Notes under the pieces: generated by a model
What the model was told of the DNA's origin: nothing
The model's input: only the letters and a program-made list of their open reading frames with translations
Databases searched by the model: none
In this document: positions 12,110 through 25,044 of the stretch, piece by piece
Layout: every line of letters starts with the position of its first letter
Numbering within the stretch: the stretch's first letter is position 1
Origin: Raillietiella orientalis
Taxonomy: Eukaryota
Length of the DNA: 64,000 nt
Reading direction: 5' to 3'
Assembly: GCA_036172245.1 (NCBI GenBank)
Contig: JAYWIR010000012.1
Location: 3,720,001 to 3,784,000 of the forward strand
Program-made: the position numbers and the translations under genes

Positions 12110-12800
12110 TAGCGCCGAGGTGGAGTTATTGGAAAGCATGTATTCTGGAAAGCTGCGCAGGAGCACCCCTGAGCTTCTCGTAAAACTATATCGACCACCC
12201 TGAGATCCGCTCTTGTCCTGTTCGCTGCACATGGCGGCGAATCAAATGGGCGCGGCAGACAGAGGAATAGACTCGCCCTTTTCTGGTGTCAGCTCTTGCT
12301 CTCAGACTCCGCAGCATATTGCCTCCCAGCCAGCGAGCCTCCTCTGAATTCTTAGCTGTTTCTTCCCTCTTTATCCGTCCAGGTAGCTTCTGGAGGAGCC
12401 TTCCCAATCGTACACAACGGTGTCATACTTTCGGACCTCTCTCTGTGAGATTCAGAGCAGCTGAGGGACTCGCGAGTCCCTCAGCTGCTCGCTCTCCCCT
12501 ACTTCGTCCGCGCAAATCAGCTCCCCTTTCCCCATCCGTCAGGCACCCCGAAGGAGCGCTTGCTCACAACACTTGGAGCTGGACGCTTCTAGCGTTCCCC
12601 TCCCATCTCTCGAGGAAGGAGGATAGCTTCAGCTTCCCTTCTTGTGTTCTTCCTCGCTCGAGATAGAGTAAAAGAAAAGGGAGAATGAGGCCGACTTCGA
12701 GTCAGGCATTTCACTTCCCATTCTTCCGGTTACTGCATCCAATCGGCTGCTCCAGAACCAATATCACTCGGAACCAGGAGCTTCCTTTCAGCGCTGCTTT
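12110..12800 (-). mobile_element. Decayed Ty3/gypsy fragment (end of RNase H, then integrase)
   Basis: Minus strand: LLYLERGRTQEGKLKLSS (I.Y.PG..N..AD.LSR), ARWLGGNM (YWWPGM), SFPEYMLSNNST (GxPxxIxSDNG). Confidence 0.45.
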
Positions 12801-13019
12801 CGTGCGAGTCAACTAGCAGTGCAACGGTTTCTGATGATAACAGGAAATTTTTAACTTCTCGCTGGTGTCTCTTCTCTCAGACGAGACAACGACCTTCCTT
12901 TGGACTCGATAATTTTCCCGGAGTCCAGAAGGATCCAGGAGGAATTCAGATTCGGGCATTGGTTAGTTTCCAGGAGCATCGTGTGAGGGGTAACGCGTGC
13001 GGATGCGAAGGGTGAGAAA

Positions 13020-14870
13020 GGAGCAAAGGTGGACGAGGCAAGAATGGGAGGGCAGGCAGTCAATCTCAGGGTGACCATGGGGGTTCGACTGGTCTCCCAG
13101 GAGCACAGCTTGTGTGCGACCTTGGGCAGGGGGCAGACCACCCCACTGGAATTGGCTCGAATCGGCAGGACGGTTCAGCACGCTCAGTATCCCAGGTCCA
13201 GGGACTGGGAGGAAAAGAGAAGGCGGAGGGGGGGGGGGGCAATTCGTTCGTTCTTGCATGAGGGTCGTGAGTGAGAGTGGAGTCTGGGAGACACAGTGTC
13301 ATCCCAAGTCGCCCGAGCCAGGACCAGGGAGCTGACATCTGCGAAAGACGTCATCTACGAGTCGGGAGAAGCGATGAGGATGGACAAGAACGGAGAGGTG
13401 AAGAAGCCGGGAGGAATCTGTAAACCTGTTGAGTCTCCAGGCGAAACGGAGGTCGAAGCCTCTCCCTATGTGTATGCTCTTCTCCCTGAGGAGTATCCAT
13501 CAAGAGTTGGCGCTGTCACCAGGGCGAGAGGAGGAGCTGAGAGAAGACTGAAGGTTGGTCTTCTAGGGTGTGGGTGCGCATCCTCACACCTTTCCCCTTG
13601 GCCTCCATTCTGACGAAGAAACGAAGGAAGGGTGGTGGTGGAAGGAAGAACATGAAACGGGAAAGGGGAACAAGAGAAAGACAATCATGCAGCTGTTTCT
13701 ATGGAGGAAGGCGGGCCGTCGTCACGACAACGGCCGAGGCACATCAGAGCGCTCCGCCCAGTCGTCCCTCTTCCCGCTTAGGCGGATCCATCGAGGCAGG
13801 AGAGTTCGAACACGAACAAAACCGGCCTGCTGCCTTACCTACCCCCCCCCCCCTTTCCTCTACGCGTCCAGAGACGTGCTCATCTTTCCGTTCCTGTTGC
13901 TCTAGAGACTCAGGGAAGGGGCGGAACAGAGTGAAGTAGGTTCGGGTGCTCGATGGATAGATTCTTCCGCTGATCTTTGCACTGTATCAAATCTCCTCTC
14001 AAGAACGAGTAGGTCTCCAAGGAAACATTAGCTGGGTCACAGGCTGCGAAAAAAAGGGGGGGGAAGCCATGGAGAAGCTCTTCCTGGAGATCTCTGACCT
14101 AGTGCGGCAGTTCGGAAGACAAGTCAAAGTCTGCTCTGCCTCTACGCCTACCATAGGACGGGCCATTATGCTTGAAGGAATGACAACGACTCGTCGGTGA
14201 GTCAGGATAGCTATTGCCACGGCTATTTACACCTTCGACGCGTTGACCGTTGCAAGATCTCGAACGGGGGAGGAGTAAGAAGACAGGAGCGCTTGGAACG
14301 GACACTGCGACACCCTGCGTCTTCCTCTCCGCAAAAGCGAGTAGCGCCGCTGCTATTCTTCGGCCGGAACCTAGCAGCAGGGCGGGGATCCTGCAGGGAC
14401 AGCGGGCATGGGCATATCTATAGAATAGGAAGATGATTTTGCTGATGTCCCCTTCCCTCCGATCTCAGAAGCGGCATCCTATCCTGGAGCAGGACTTTCC
14501 AGAAGGAGTCGCAGCTCTCAATGGACACATCTGGAAAACTGCCACGCTGCTTCCTCCGCCACCGAAAGGGAGGAGGACCTCCTGCCGGGAGGAGTGCACA
14601 GACAAGACGGTCGGGCTCAAGGGAGCCAAGCGGCTCTGGGAGAGAGCGCCAAACGTCTTATGGAAGGCATCTTTGTCCTCTTTAGATCTTCGGGATTGGA
14701 AGAAAAGGATTCCCCCCTGGATGTGGGAGTGCGTACCTGTGTGTGTGGGAAAGAAATGCAGCGAGGACTCTGCATACCCCGATGGGAATCGTGGGACGAT
14801 GTGCCCCACAACTTCGAGTGCGCTTCTCGCCACCAGTAACGATCTGAGTTTCCACCAGTTGATGGCTTAA
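13020..14870 (+). mobile_element. Decayed Ty3/gypsy pol (protease-RT-RNase H-start of integrase)
   Basis: GGQAVNLRVTMG (NG..V.F.VDTG), EEYPSRVG, PHTFPLGL (PRxVPxAL), IGRAIMLEG (LGHxIxxxG), VAPLLFF (APVLAFF), SPSLRSQKRHPILEQD (SRSLxxAExRYxxIEKE), RAPNVLWK (RARxxVWWP), all in gypsy domain order. Confidence 0.65.
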
Positions 14871-15949
14871 TGCGCAGACGCTGATAGATGTGCGGGTAGA
14901 GAGGAAGGGAAGAGAGAGAGAGAAGGGGGGGGAGTTGAAATCGTTTTTCTCGGTAAGAAGCTCTCGTGGTCAGAAAAAAACCTGACAGGTCGTCCAGGTC
15001 GTTTCCCCCCATCCGTCCCTCACGTTCGTCCCTCCGGGTTCAGGCGGATGTGTCAGGAGGATACCCAACGCTTGAGAAATCCACTCCGTCCCCAAGGGCA
15101 TAGCTCCCCTCCCCCTCCCCCAAATCCTTTGAGACCTTGCTCATTCCTGTTTTCGTCCCGACGGCTGAGGCTTCACTGCGCAGGAAAGTTTCGTCCGATT
15201 CTGAGGCATGAGGGAGGGTGGAACCAAGGAGCTCTCACCTTGGGGAAGGTGGAGGAGGGAGCGCACGGGAATAGAAGCTCTACGCCGATTGAGACAGTTT
15301 AAGTAACCATCACATACCACAACACGACTTTGCCACGTCTCCAACGCGCAGCGTGGCTAAGAGATAGAAGGTGGCAGAGGGACAGTGGCGACCGCGGCAT
15401 GAAGAGGGAGCCAACCCTGCGATTGCTCTTTGCTCTGTTTTGATTGGGCAGAGTTGAATAGGGCGGCGGTGGCAGATGCACGTTGGGGATGTCCGGCAGG
15501 CGCTTCTAGGGACTGGGTAAGCCGGTCTCCCCTTCCTCTCTGCTGTCGTTTCCCTTCCCCCTGTCACGTCGTCGCAGCCTCTGCTGCTGCCACTTTTCTG
15601 CGAGTGGCCGCCGCCGGTCTGCGACGTAGTAGTCTTCATCGTTGCCATTTTCCTCCTCCTTGCCATAGTCGTCGTCTTCGTCTTCTCCGTCGCCATCATC
15701 TCCGCCGGCGGCGCTACCATCGCTCACTAGACCGTCAGCATGTTGCGTGGGCACACGTGGCTGGCCTCCCCTGCAGAGGCGGCGTTACTCGCTGCCGTCG
15801 TCGCCATTCCGCCGTGGAGGGGAGAGGGGAGCGCACGGCGGGAGAGCACCGCGGGCGACCGTCTCCAGGGACAGCATTTCCCCGCATGCGGCCCCGCGGG
15901 AGCGCTTGGCCCCCCTGCCGCGTACTCGTGCTGGTCTCGCCCTGCCGAC

Positions 15950-17100
15950 CTGTCGCACAGGGGTGCAGTGTGGAGCTGCTGGGTGGGGATGGTCTTCCCG
16001 GGCTCGCTCCCCTTCTCGCTTTGCGAGGAGGAGCGACGAGGACGGCTGGGGTTCCCCCACGCTATGTACCTGGATGAGGAAAGGGATGCGTAAGTTGGAT
16101 GGATGGAGGGAAGGGAAAAATCCGAACCAGGTCCCAAATAGGAGGAATGAGAAGAGGAGATGGAAGTTCTCTTCCTTTTCGGGAGACCCTGGAGCTGTTC
16201 AGGCTGCTCATCTGTAGCTTCGTGCCCTCGAAGAACCGCAAGGACGAAGGAAGGAACTCGGTCGCCGATCGTTAGATGGCAGATAGAGAGAACGAGCGGA
16301 TGTTCCAGAGATGGCGCTGCTCTGCGTCAGAAGGAGGCGTCGCGAAACACACAGAGGCGACTTGGAGAAATGCCTTTGAGGAAAGGCTTGCGGCAGCCTC
16401 CTGACTTCTGCCGGGGCAGGGCGACAGTGCAGGATGGGGGGGAGAAGACAGAAGCAGCGACTACGTGCAGGACGAGGGCCGACCGAGAATACCAGGCAGG
16501 CACTCCCCCCGGGGGATAACACCACGACAAGGATGTAACCTTCCGCAGGAGCGGCTGGGACCCCAGTTCAGCGTCCTCTGTATCGGCGGTTAGAGACAGC
16601 AGAATTAGGAGGGAGCGGCGTCGCCAGCCCGGGCGGGACGGAATGTCCCCCGGCACTGGGAAGGAGTGGGAGAAAATCGGGAATTCTTCATAGGCGACCC
16701 CAGCCCACGTTGCCAGGGGGGATCTGGATCAAAGAGTCGAGGAAGCAGCGCCTCCCGCGGAGGTTGCCGGAAAAGGGGCCGTTTGGTCTTGGGCTCTGGC
16801 CAAAGCACATCCCAGTCCAGGCAACGCCATAAAGCCCGTCCGTCGCGCCCCTTGTCCTCGTTTCAGCCCGCTTTCTCCCCGGAGAACTCCTCGGGATCTC
16901 ACGGAAGGCGGCCCTCTTCAGAGTGCCTTCGCCCCCCTCCCCCAAAAGGTGCGGGTGGTCCGCGTTTCTGTCGGCGTTTCCTCCTTGGGGGCCATCCTCG
17001 TTTGCCGGGGAGGGAAGTCATGGGAGGAAGCTTCGGGAAGGGCCTCCCGAGTGCTGGCTGCACGATTGTACATGGAGGGTCTCCGCAGGAGGTGGCAGGC
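15950..17100 (+). mobile_element. Decayed RTE-like LINE RT
   Basis: RKLDGWREGKNPNQ (RL..W.E...EQ.GFR), WKFSSFSGD (L.VAFLD), RKGLRQ (RGLRQG), GIWIKE at about 16720 (LGVWINE), EVMGGSFG (GDMGW.SFE). Confidence 0.5.
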
Positions 17101-17924
17101 GGTCCCCGCTGTCGTGGTACCGCTCGGCACTCTTTGCCGGAAACGCAAGCTTCGCGCCACAAAGGCGCGCCTGCTCTGCGGCCATGCGGTCCTTCTCCGT
17201 GCGGCTGCGCCTCCCCTGGGCGAGCCGCTCCGCGTTGTGTCGCCGGCCCACGGGGGAAGGGGGACCCTGCTCGCGCTCCTTCCTCCGGGAAGGAGGGGCC
17301 GCCGCCTTTCCCGTCTTAGCAGTCCACCAAGAGGTGGCGATCCGCATGCGACACGAGCGAGGTGAAGGGGTGGGAAATCAGGGGGGAAAGGGGGGGGGGC
17401 AACCCAGGAGGTTCCGGAGGCGACCCAGCGCTCCCGTTCCGGAAGCGCCACGCGAGCGGGCTTTGCTCCTTCGAAAAATCGAGCGGCGGCAGCGGAGAGA
17501 CGCACGCGCGCACCGCCGCCCACTGCAGGGTACGCGCGTGCGTTGGGGGGTTACCTTGGAGAGCACAGCGGAGGGCACACACCCCGGCAAGGAAACCGCG
17601 TCTTCATCAGGCTGAAGCAAGGAGGGTGGTGCTGTGGACGAGCCAGGCCAGACCTGCTCGCGCGCACGCCCAGATGAGAAGCCCACAGGAAAGAAAGAAA
17701 GGAAAGGGCGAAAAAGAAAAGCCACCACCAGCAGCAGGAGCGGCAGCCGCGACCCGCACGCACTTCGCAGAGTTCTCAGGGGGGGCTGTCAAAGGTGCAA
17801 TGCGTGCAGGCGTCCGGGAAAACGATCCAGGAAAAACGGCGAGGGTTTCGTTCCCTGGGATGAGCAGGCAACGCTGCGCGATGCCCGCAACGCGAGGCCT
17901 AACTCGAGGAATGAAAAAAACTCA

Positions 17925-18500
17925 CGGAAACAACAAGAAAAAGAAAAAAAAGATCCGCAACACGTCCGCTGCCAGTTCCCACGTGCGAGAGAAAAACCCA
18001 ATTTCTGCCTCTGAGAACAACAACAACAACAAAACACACATCCGCCAACAAAAATAAAATGCAAAAAGAAAAAAAGGAGGCAGGAAAACAAGGAGAAAAA
18101 TGTGTATTTATTTATCGGGGAAAAAAAAAAAAAAAAAAATTTTGGCTGGAAGCAAAGCAACGACGAGGAAGGAAAAAAAAAAAAAAAGAAAAAGGAGAGG
18201 AAAAAAAAAAAAAAAAAAAAAAGGGGAAAAAAAAAAGTGCATTGTTATCGTCGCAGTTGCCATCGAAACCGCCCGGTTCCCACAAAACGGATTGTACACT
18301 CGATTATTCCCCTCTGATGCAGCAGCAACAGCAGAAATAGGAACGTACAAGTACACTGCGGGCTCAAAAAAATTCACGATCCATTACGTACGTTAGCACC
18401 GTTCTGCCAAAGGAAGGTACGTTCGTGCCGTATGGAAAAAGCATCATCAACCAAAAAAAAAAAGGAAAAAAAAAGAGGAGGAGGGAAAAAAAAAAGGAGA
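17925..18500. repeat. A-rich low-complexity tract with long poly(A) runs
   Basis: Multiple homopolymer A runs, for example 18121-18139 and 18202-18222. Confidence 0.85.
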
Positions 18501-18920
18501 TACACGGGCAAGCGAGTCGAAAGCTCGCATGCGCGAAAACGAAAGTCGTTCCGGCAACTCCGCTACACCCCGCAGCACAAGCCGAATCACTACTATTATG
18601 AATGGGAACTTGCTGAAGAATTTTACTCTTCAGTGCGTACTATCATACGTAGACTTAGTGTTTGTGAGTACGATTAGATGGCAGGATGCGCGCGCACGTC
18701 ATTTCGTCAGAGCAAGCGTAATGAAATTTCTTTGTTCACAAAGCATTCGAGGACACGCGCTTTCGGCTGCAGGAGAAGTTGGAAGTGCTACCGCCAGCAG
18801 GAAAATATGAAAAGTTTTGCCCCCCGTTTCCTGGAAAGCGTGGTTGATGGACATGTACGCAGTGGATTTGTGCTGAAGGATGCTTGTAAACGTGAGTTTA
18901 TCGAGTGGTGCAACTTTACT
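18500..18920 (+). mobile_element. Possible piggyBac (PGBD4-like) transposase C-terminal relic
   Basis: QLRYTPQHKPNHYYYEWELAEEF (DQM.SY...RK..KWYRKLA.EL) followed by RRSWKCY (RRRC..CY of the cysteine-rich domain). Confidence 0.35.
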
Positions 18921-19994
18921 ATAGGACCGCGGTGGGAAACGTGCGCAGACGAGCGTCGTTTTTTTTTTTTTTTTTTTTTGTTCCTTTTTCCTTTTGGCTT
19001 TCTTTCTTCCCTTCCTCCCCTCCCCTCCCTCCAAAGTGCCGTGTGCAGTGGGAAATGGTCGAGCGAGTCGGCGGGCCATTCGTGAACGTTGCCACGGCGA
19101 GCCGGCTGTGCTCGGGTTTGAAAATGGTTCTCCCCCGACCCTCCATGGCAACGACACCACAGGGCGAAGGGAGCCGGCCGTGCCCACCTAGCTGGGTACC
19201 GGCAACCAGAGGAGAGGAGGGAAGTTTGCGCAAGTTCTTGCCCGCGTGCTAATTGGTAGGGGTAAAGCGTGCCCAGAATGTCCCCTCTGTTTCCCTCTCG
19301 CGGCCCGGCACTTCCTCCGGGACGGGAAATCCATCCTCCTCACCCCCCTGCCTCGCCTGCCTGCCGGGACCTTCCCGGTTGCTGGCGAGCCTCGCCGGGA
19401 ACGTCGGGCGACCCTGCGCTGCGGTTCCCCCCAGAGCTGCTGCTGCGTCGTTCCCGTCGCAGGACGTGGTGGCACCCAGGGCTTTGCCACGTGAGCTCTC
19501 GCAGTGGTCGTAGAAGCGGGAAATCTCTCGAGTTTTCTCGCGCGCCTCTTTCTTTTGTGTTCTTCTTTGTCTGCCTCCCTCTCTCTCTTCCTCCCCGCCC
19601 CCTCCCCCCTCCCCCGCCACCACCGTCCGTCCCACGTTTCCCGTTTGTTTCCGTGCGGGAGCTCCCCCCCGTGGGCCAGTCGAGGGGCCCGGGGAGGGCC
19701 CTCCTGATCCGCGCACCGGCGCGCGTGCATGCCTCCCGAACTTTAATGCCGAAGGTTCCCGGTAGATTTCGCTGTCCGCCTCCCCGCCGTGTGTTGCGAG
19801 CGGCGGCGGCAGCCGGTGTTTTCGTCCCGGAGCAGTCACCACCGGCGCTCCACCACTTTGTGATCGTCCGTCGTGCGTTCACGTGTTCCCTTCATGAATC
19901 ACGCAGGTACGAGGAGTTTCCAGCCCGTGCGGTGCACCGCTTCGTTCCGAGCCGCGCCGCTGCAGGCGCGGCATGTTTTTTTTTTCCTTTTTCT

Positions 19995-20034
19995 CTTCTT
20001 CTTCTTCTTCTTCTTCTTCTTCTTCTTCTTCTTC
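19995..20034. repeat. (CTT)n microsatellite
   Basis: About 13 contiguous CTT units. Confidence 0.95.
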
Positions 20035-20274
20035 TCTCCCCCCCCTCCTCCTCCTCCTCCTCCCCGAGAGTTTGTTGGCTCCCTCGTGGCCCGACACGGC
20101 GCTTGCGCCCCGCCTAAGTTTCCTCTGCCCCATCTTATTCCCTTGTTTCTGTCTTTTTTTTGTGTGTGTTTCCTTTTTTTTTCTTTCTTTCCGGGGGGGG
20201 GAGGGGGAGGGCATCTACTTTTCGTTTCCTAGGATCGTAACTGATTTAAGCGGATGCCTGGGATGATTGCTAGC

Positions 20275-20325
20275 GGTGGTGGTGGTGGTGGTGGTGATGA
20301 TGATGATGATCATGATGATGATGAT
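20275..20325. repeat. Compound (GGT)n(GAT)n microsatellite
   Basis: A GGT run followed directly by a GAT run with one CAT interruption. Confidence 0.95.
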
Positions 20326-21099
20326 TTCGCTCCGTCCGTCGAGACGATCCGGACCTACTTTGATCGATTCATTCGTCTGCGTCGAACTCGGACAGGATCG
20401 CTTCACATTTCGTGGTCTCATCGAATTCGAGCGTGGCTAAGGGCAGCCATCTCTCTGTTTTGCTTTGTTTTTTCTTCTGGCTCTCCTCCTCCTCCTTTCT
20501 TCTCTCTTCTTCCCTCCTCCCCCCCCTTTCTCCTCGCGTTTTCTTTGTTTTTTTATTTTTTATTTTTGAGCCTCCGGGGACGCAGAGTGCATTCGTTGCA
20601 CACGCGCATCTTCAGCGAATGCCGCGGTGCTCGCGCGCGCGCGCTGTGGCTTCCTCCTCCTCCCATGTGGAACGGATGCGCGACGGTGGTCGGAGCAACC
20701 CTTCCCTACCTCCCTCCCCCCTTCCTCTTCTTTCCCTTTTTGCTTGGCTTGCGAGGATTCCGTTTCCTTCATGTGCTCTGCGCGCGGCACGCCCGGACCG
20801 CTTTACGGGGGAGGAAGAGGAGGGAGAAGAGGGGGGGGGGGGAAGGCGAGTTGTTCCAGACGGAACTGGGGTGTGCTTTGGTGGGAGGAAGACGAACGTT
20901 GGGACTCAGTGACGGAAGGGAAGGGGAAGTTCTTTCTTTCCCCGTCTTCTCCTTCTCATCGTGTGCTTCCCCCCCCCCCTCCTTCGATCGGCGTTTCCAC
21001 GGCGCGTGGGCAGGCGGGCAGAGAGAGGAGGGAGGGGGTGACCGGACCCTCCCCTTCCCCCCGTTTCCGCTCTCTTCCAGGGGTTCACTCCGCCCTTGA

Positions 21100-23650
21100 C
21101 TCTTTGCCTGGAGCCTCTGCTGACCGTCACGTGGAAGCGAACGGTGGCGGCGGCTGCGGGAGCTCCCTGCTCCAGGGGGAGGGAAATGTGGCGCGCATGC
21201 ACCGCGTGCAGCAGCAGCCGCATTTCCATCGCCACCGTCGTCGCCGTCACCCTGACCGGCCGCGAGCGTGCTTCGACCGCCTCCGTGCAGGGTGAGCCGC
21301 GTTCTCTGCTGGAAGGAGGGGAAGGGGAGGGGAGCCCGTTGGGCACCTTGGAGGATGGAGTTTCGGCGGTGGGGAGAAGGGGGTTCATCTCCCCCCTTCT
21401 CCCGCAAACCGTCGCGGGCGTCGTCGTCCAGCAGGGGGGGGGGGGCTCTTGCGTGGGAAGATTCGGCGCCCAGGCGGGGCGGTGGGAAGTCTCTTCCCTT
21501 CCACCCCCCTTCCCGCTTTCTCCTGGGGCATTCGGTGGAGGGAGGAGGAGGAAACGACTAGGGGTGGCCAGCCTCCTCCTCTCCGCCCCCCAGCAGGGAG
21601 CCCGTGCGCTTGCCGGAAAGAAAAGTGGTGATAGCGTTGCCAGGCAGCACAGTCGGTTGCTCGCGGAAGCCCCGCTCTGGTTGGCGAAGGGCTCGAAGCG
21701 GCGGCGCGCTCTCGTTCCCCCCCCCCCCTCTTCTCCTTCCCCTTCCTGCTCCCCGGGGAGCGAGAGGGTGGCGAAAGCAGGAGCGGCCGGCAACCTGCGT
21801 TCCGATGTGAACCCGGAAGATCCACAGTGCATCGCTGGCGCCCTTCCGGGGTAGTGCTCCCGAAGAGGGGGCGAGGGTCGCCGTGGATTTTGTGGATTCT
21901 CCCCCCCCCCCTTTCCTCCCTGCGAACGGACGGACGTTCTTTCCCTTTGGCCTGGTGGCAGCTCACCGCCTGCCCACCTGCCGGGGGTCCGCTCAGGCGC
22001 AGGAAAGCCATCCTCCCTGCGTAGGACGTGGACCTTCACTCCCCCTCTCCCCACTCCTTTCCTCCTCGCCCTGCTTCCTTCTTCCATCAGCACCGCGATG
22101 CACCCTTCCGCCGCCGGGGTGGAAGGGGCGGGGAGTGAAGTTCCACGTCCACAAACGGAGAGGGCGCCCCCGTGACGTCGTAGCCGAGCGAGGAATGGGC
22201 GCCTGGCCATCCTTCCTACTCGCCCCCCTCCCCTCTTCAGTCTCTCCCCCCCTCTGGTGGCCGGGAGAGCGGGGCAGCGGGTGAAGTGTGGCGAGCGCCC
22301 TCTTCGCTCGGGGAAGGTGGAGGAGGGGGGACGCTCCTCTCTCTCCCTCTCCCGGCGGCCTGGGTCGCTCCTGCCGATCCAGCCGCCTCCGGCCGTCTGT
22401 GCCTCCCCTGCACCACCACTCTGACCGGTGCCTTTCTTTTTAGGTCACTTCGTGGGAAAGCGGACCCCCCTCCCGGCGTGAGGCCCTGCCGGCGTGGTCC
22501 CCTAAGCCGGAGCGCGGCGTGGACGCTTGAGGTGAGTTTTGGCGGCCGGGGAGCCCGACCTCCACCCACGGCAACGCTGCTCCATCGTTTCCCACGGACA
22601 CCTCCCCGGGGACGGACGCCCCCGCATCTTCCGCGATTCTCCTCCGCCTCTCGCTGGGTGCGCAGCGGCACTTCCGCCTACCTATCTCCATGTCCGGCTC
22701 CCCATGCGCCTTTCGCAGGCACAGTCCCCCCCCCCTTTTTCCCTGGACGGTCGTATTTCCTCTCCCTCTCCCCGCTCTCTGCCTTTCCGGAGCTCCCTCC
22801 GTCTCCCTCCTCCTGCCCTCCCGGTTCCCGACCGGGCGGGCCGCCCGCCGAGATGGTGCGCGTCGTCGCCGCTGACCGCGGAGATCCGCGGATCCCCCCC
22901 CCCATGCCATCGACGAGACCCCACTCTCTCTCTCGTTGCTGTGCTCCGGTGGCGGAGAGCGACGAGCTCGCCCAGACGTCTCTCTCGCGGCGGTGGCGCC
23001 TCCTGAAGGCTGACCCTCAAGGGGGGTTAACCACCGGCGCTCCTTTTTCCGTAGCGGCGCGGAAACTCCTCAGGAGCGTTGCGAAATACCAGGTTGGGTG
23101 CCACGCCCCGTTGCAGGGTGGGCGCCCGAAAGAACAACGTTTGTCTCCTCCCCCTTCCCCCCCCCCCCAACTCGTCCACAACGCTCGTGGGTTGTCCGTC
23201 TTCTGTTGCCATCGCAGGAGGCAGGTAAAAGGAGGAGGAGGAGGGGAGGGGGGCGGTGTCTGCTGCTGCTGCTGCCCCTGCCTGCCGCACGAAGACTCAC
23301 GCCCGCTCTTCCCGGCATCGCTCGTTTCCCCCCTGCCATCTGCACGCGGCGTCCGGAGCTAAGCGAGAGCTCGCGAGCCCGCCCGGCGGTGATCGACCAA
23401 TCCCGCACGTGACCGCTCCTCCGCCTTCGACGCGGCGCGCCTGGTGGCCGCTCGGTCGGTCGTCAGGCTCGGCTCGCCCGGACGCGCGAGAGCCTCGTCT
23501 GCGATGGGGGGGTTCCCGTGGGTGCGGATCCTCCCTCCCGAAAGAGTGGAACAAGTCCTTTATCTTCCTCACTCTCCCTCCCCTCCCTCATTCCTGCTGC
23601 TGGCCCGTTTGCGAGGGTAGCTCCTCGCTAACGGGAGTTCCCCCTTGACT
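21100..23650 (+). mobile_element. Highly decayed RNase H-containing LINE (I-group-like)
   Basis: QQPHFHRHR (QxGFR), GRRGFISPLL (GVPQGSILSPLL), DVNPED (L..NP.K), FVDSP (GV..DS.L), and RNase H-like GWVPRPVAG..PER at about 23092 (WVPxHxG..GNE.AD). Confidence 0.45.
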
Positions 23651-25006
23651 GGCAGGCCGTCGTCCTGGCTGGAAGGTTGCTGGTGGCGCGAAGACCCGAA
23701 GTTGGATCTCCTCCTCCCTTTCCCCTCTCCTCCCACCCCCGTCCGCTTTCCTGCTAGGGATCGGGCTCCCCCCCCTTCTGCTTTCCTCGTATTCCTGCAG
23801 TAAAGCGCGTTTTCGTCCTTCCGGCTACGTCACGGTGGTCGCCTCCCGGAGACAATCCGCCGCCGCCAAGTTGGAGGAGGAAAAATTTCGCAACTAACAA
23901 ACTGTTTGTTTCCATTGGAATCGACTGTTTGTTTGTTCCCCTCTCCTCCGCCTGCTCTTTACAGGAGGAAAGGAAGAGAAGAAGAAAAAAAAGAAGAAAG
24001 GATCCGGATGGAAGGGGGGGGGGGAGGTTGGAAGCTGCATCGAGGGCATTAATATTTATCAAGTTTCCTGATTACTCAAGGTCCACTGTCACAGAATTTT
24101 CCTGTCGTTGCATGGAACTCGGACGCGAATGTTTTCTCTCGAAGAAACGAGGTTGGAAAGTTGAATGACAAAGGAAAGTTCTCCTCCCCCCCCTTCTTTT
24201 CCTCCCCCCCCCCCCACGACAACTTTCGTCATTCGTGCGCGCGCGATCCGGCGGCACGCTTGCGCTCGGCCGTGTACGCCTGCCGGGTTCATTTCGGTGT
24301 GTGTGTGTGTCAACTGTGTACGAAGATCCAGAACGCTGCCCCCCCTCCCCCCCACTCCACCCCTCGTTCAGAAATTAATTCCTCGGCGTATCCGCTCCTC
24401 TCTTCTTCATCTGCGAAGTTTCACGTGTGCTTCTTCTGGAACGCACGGATTCCATCTGCATCCCGGCAGTGCGAAGTGGAACTCTATGGAACGGAGAAGA
24501 GCATCCCACAGCACCGAACGAAAGCTGTGAAATCCGAGGGCATCATAATTGGCCTCCTTGCTTGTTGCATTACGTGATCCAAGTGGATTCGAGTAACGGC
24601 AGGAATAGCCTTTATGCCCAGCATGTATTGGCCCTGGATGCTTTAATAGAAAAGAAAGAAAGAAAGAAACGGAATAAAGTCTGCGTGGATGTTGATTTCC
24701 AGCATAAATAGAAAATCAAAGGATCACAATTGCAAGTTCCAAATTTCAGTTTCACCCCCCCCCCTCCCCTCCTCCCTCTTCCTCTCCCCCCCCCCTCTCC
24801 TTCTCCCCTTTTGCCGCTTGGCACGACAATGCGTTCGCCGTCACCGTTCCGGCCGTTCCCATTGTTGTATCGATTTTTTTTGCGAGATGAACGCGCCGCG
24901 ATGCGGGGTCTCATTGTTGGAGCGCCTCCTCCCCCCGAGGGTCGCTCGGTAAGCATTTTCTTTCTTTCCCCCGTCGTGGATGCCATCCTTTCGGTGTACG
25001 CCGTGA

Positions 25007-25044
<38 letters not shown>

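Noticed and set aside
18059..18396. Poly-Lys and poly-Phe ORFs
   Set aside because: Translations of homopolymer A/T runs.
20906..23362. Long ORFs of 434 and 358 aa (likewise 55181-56383, 57924-59123 and 62654-63712)
   Set aside because: R/G/P/A-biased, overlapping in multiple frames, and mostly lying over GC-rich decayed elements; not intact genes.
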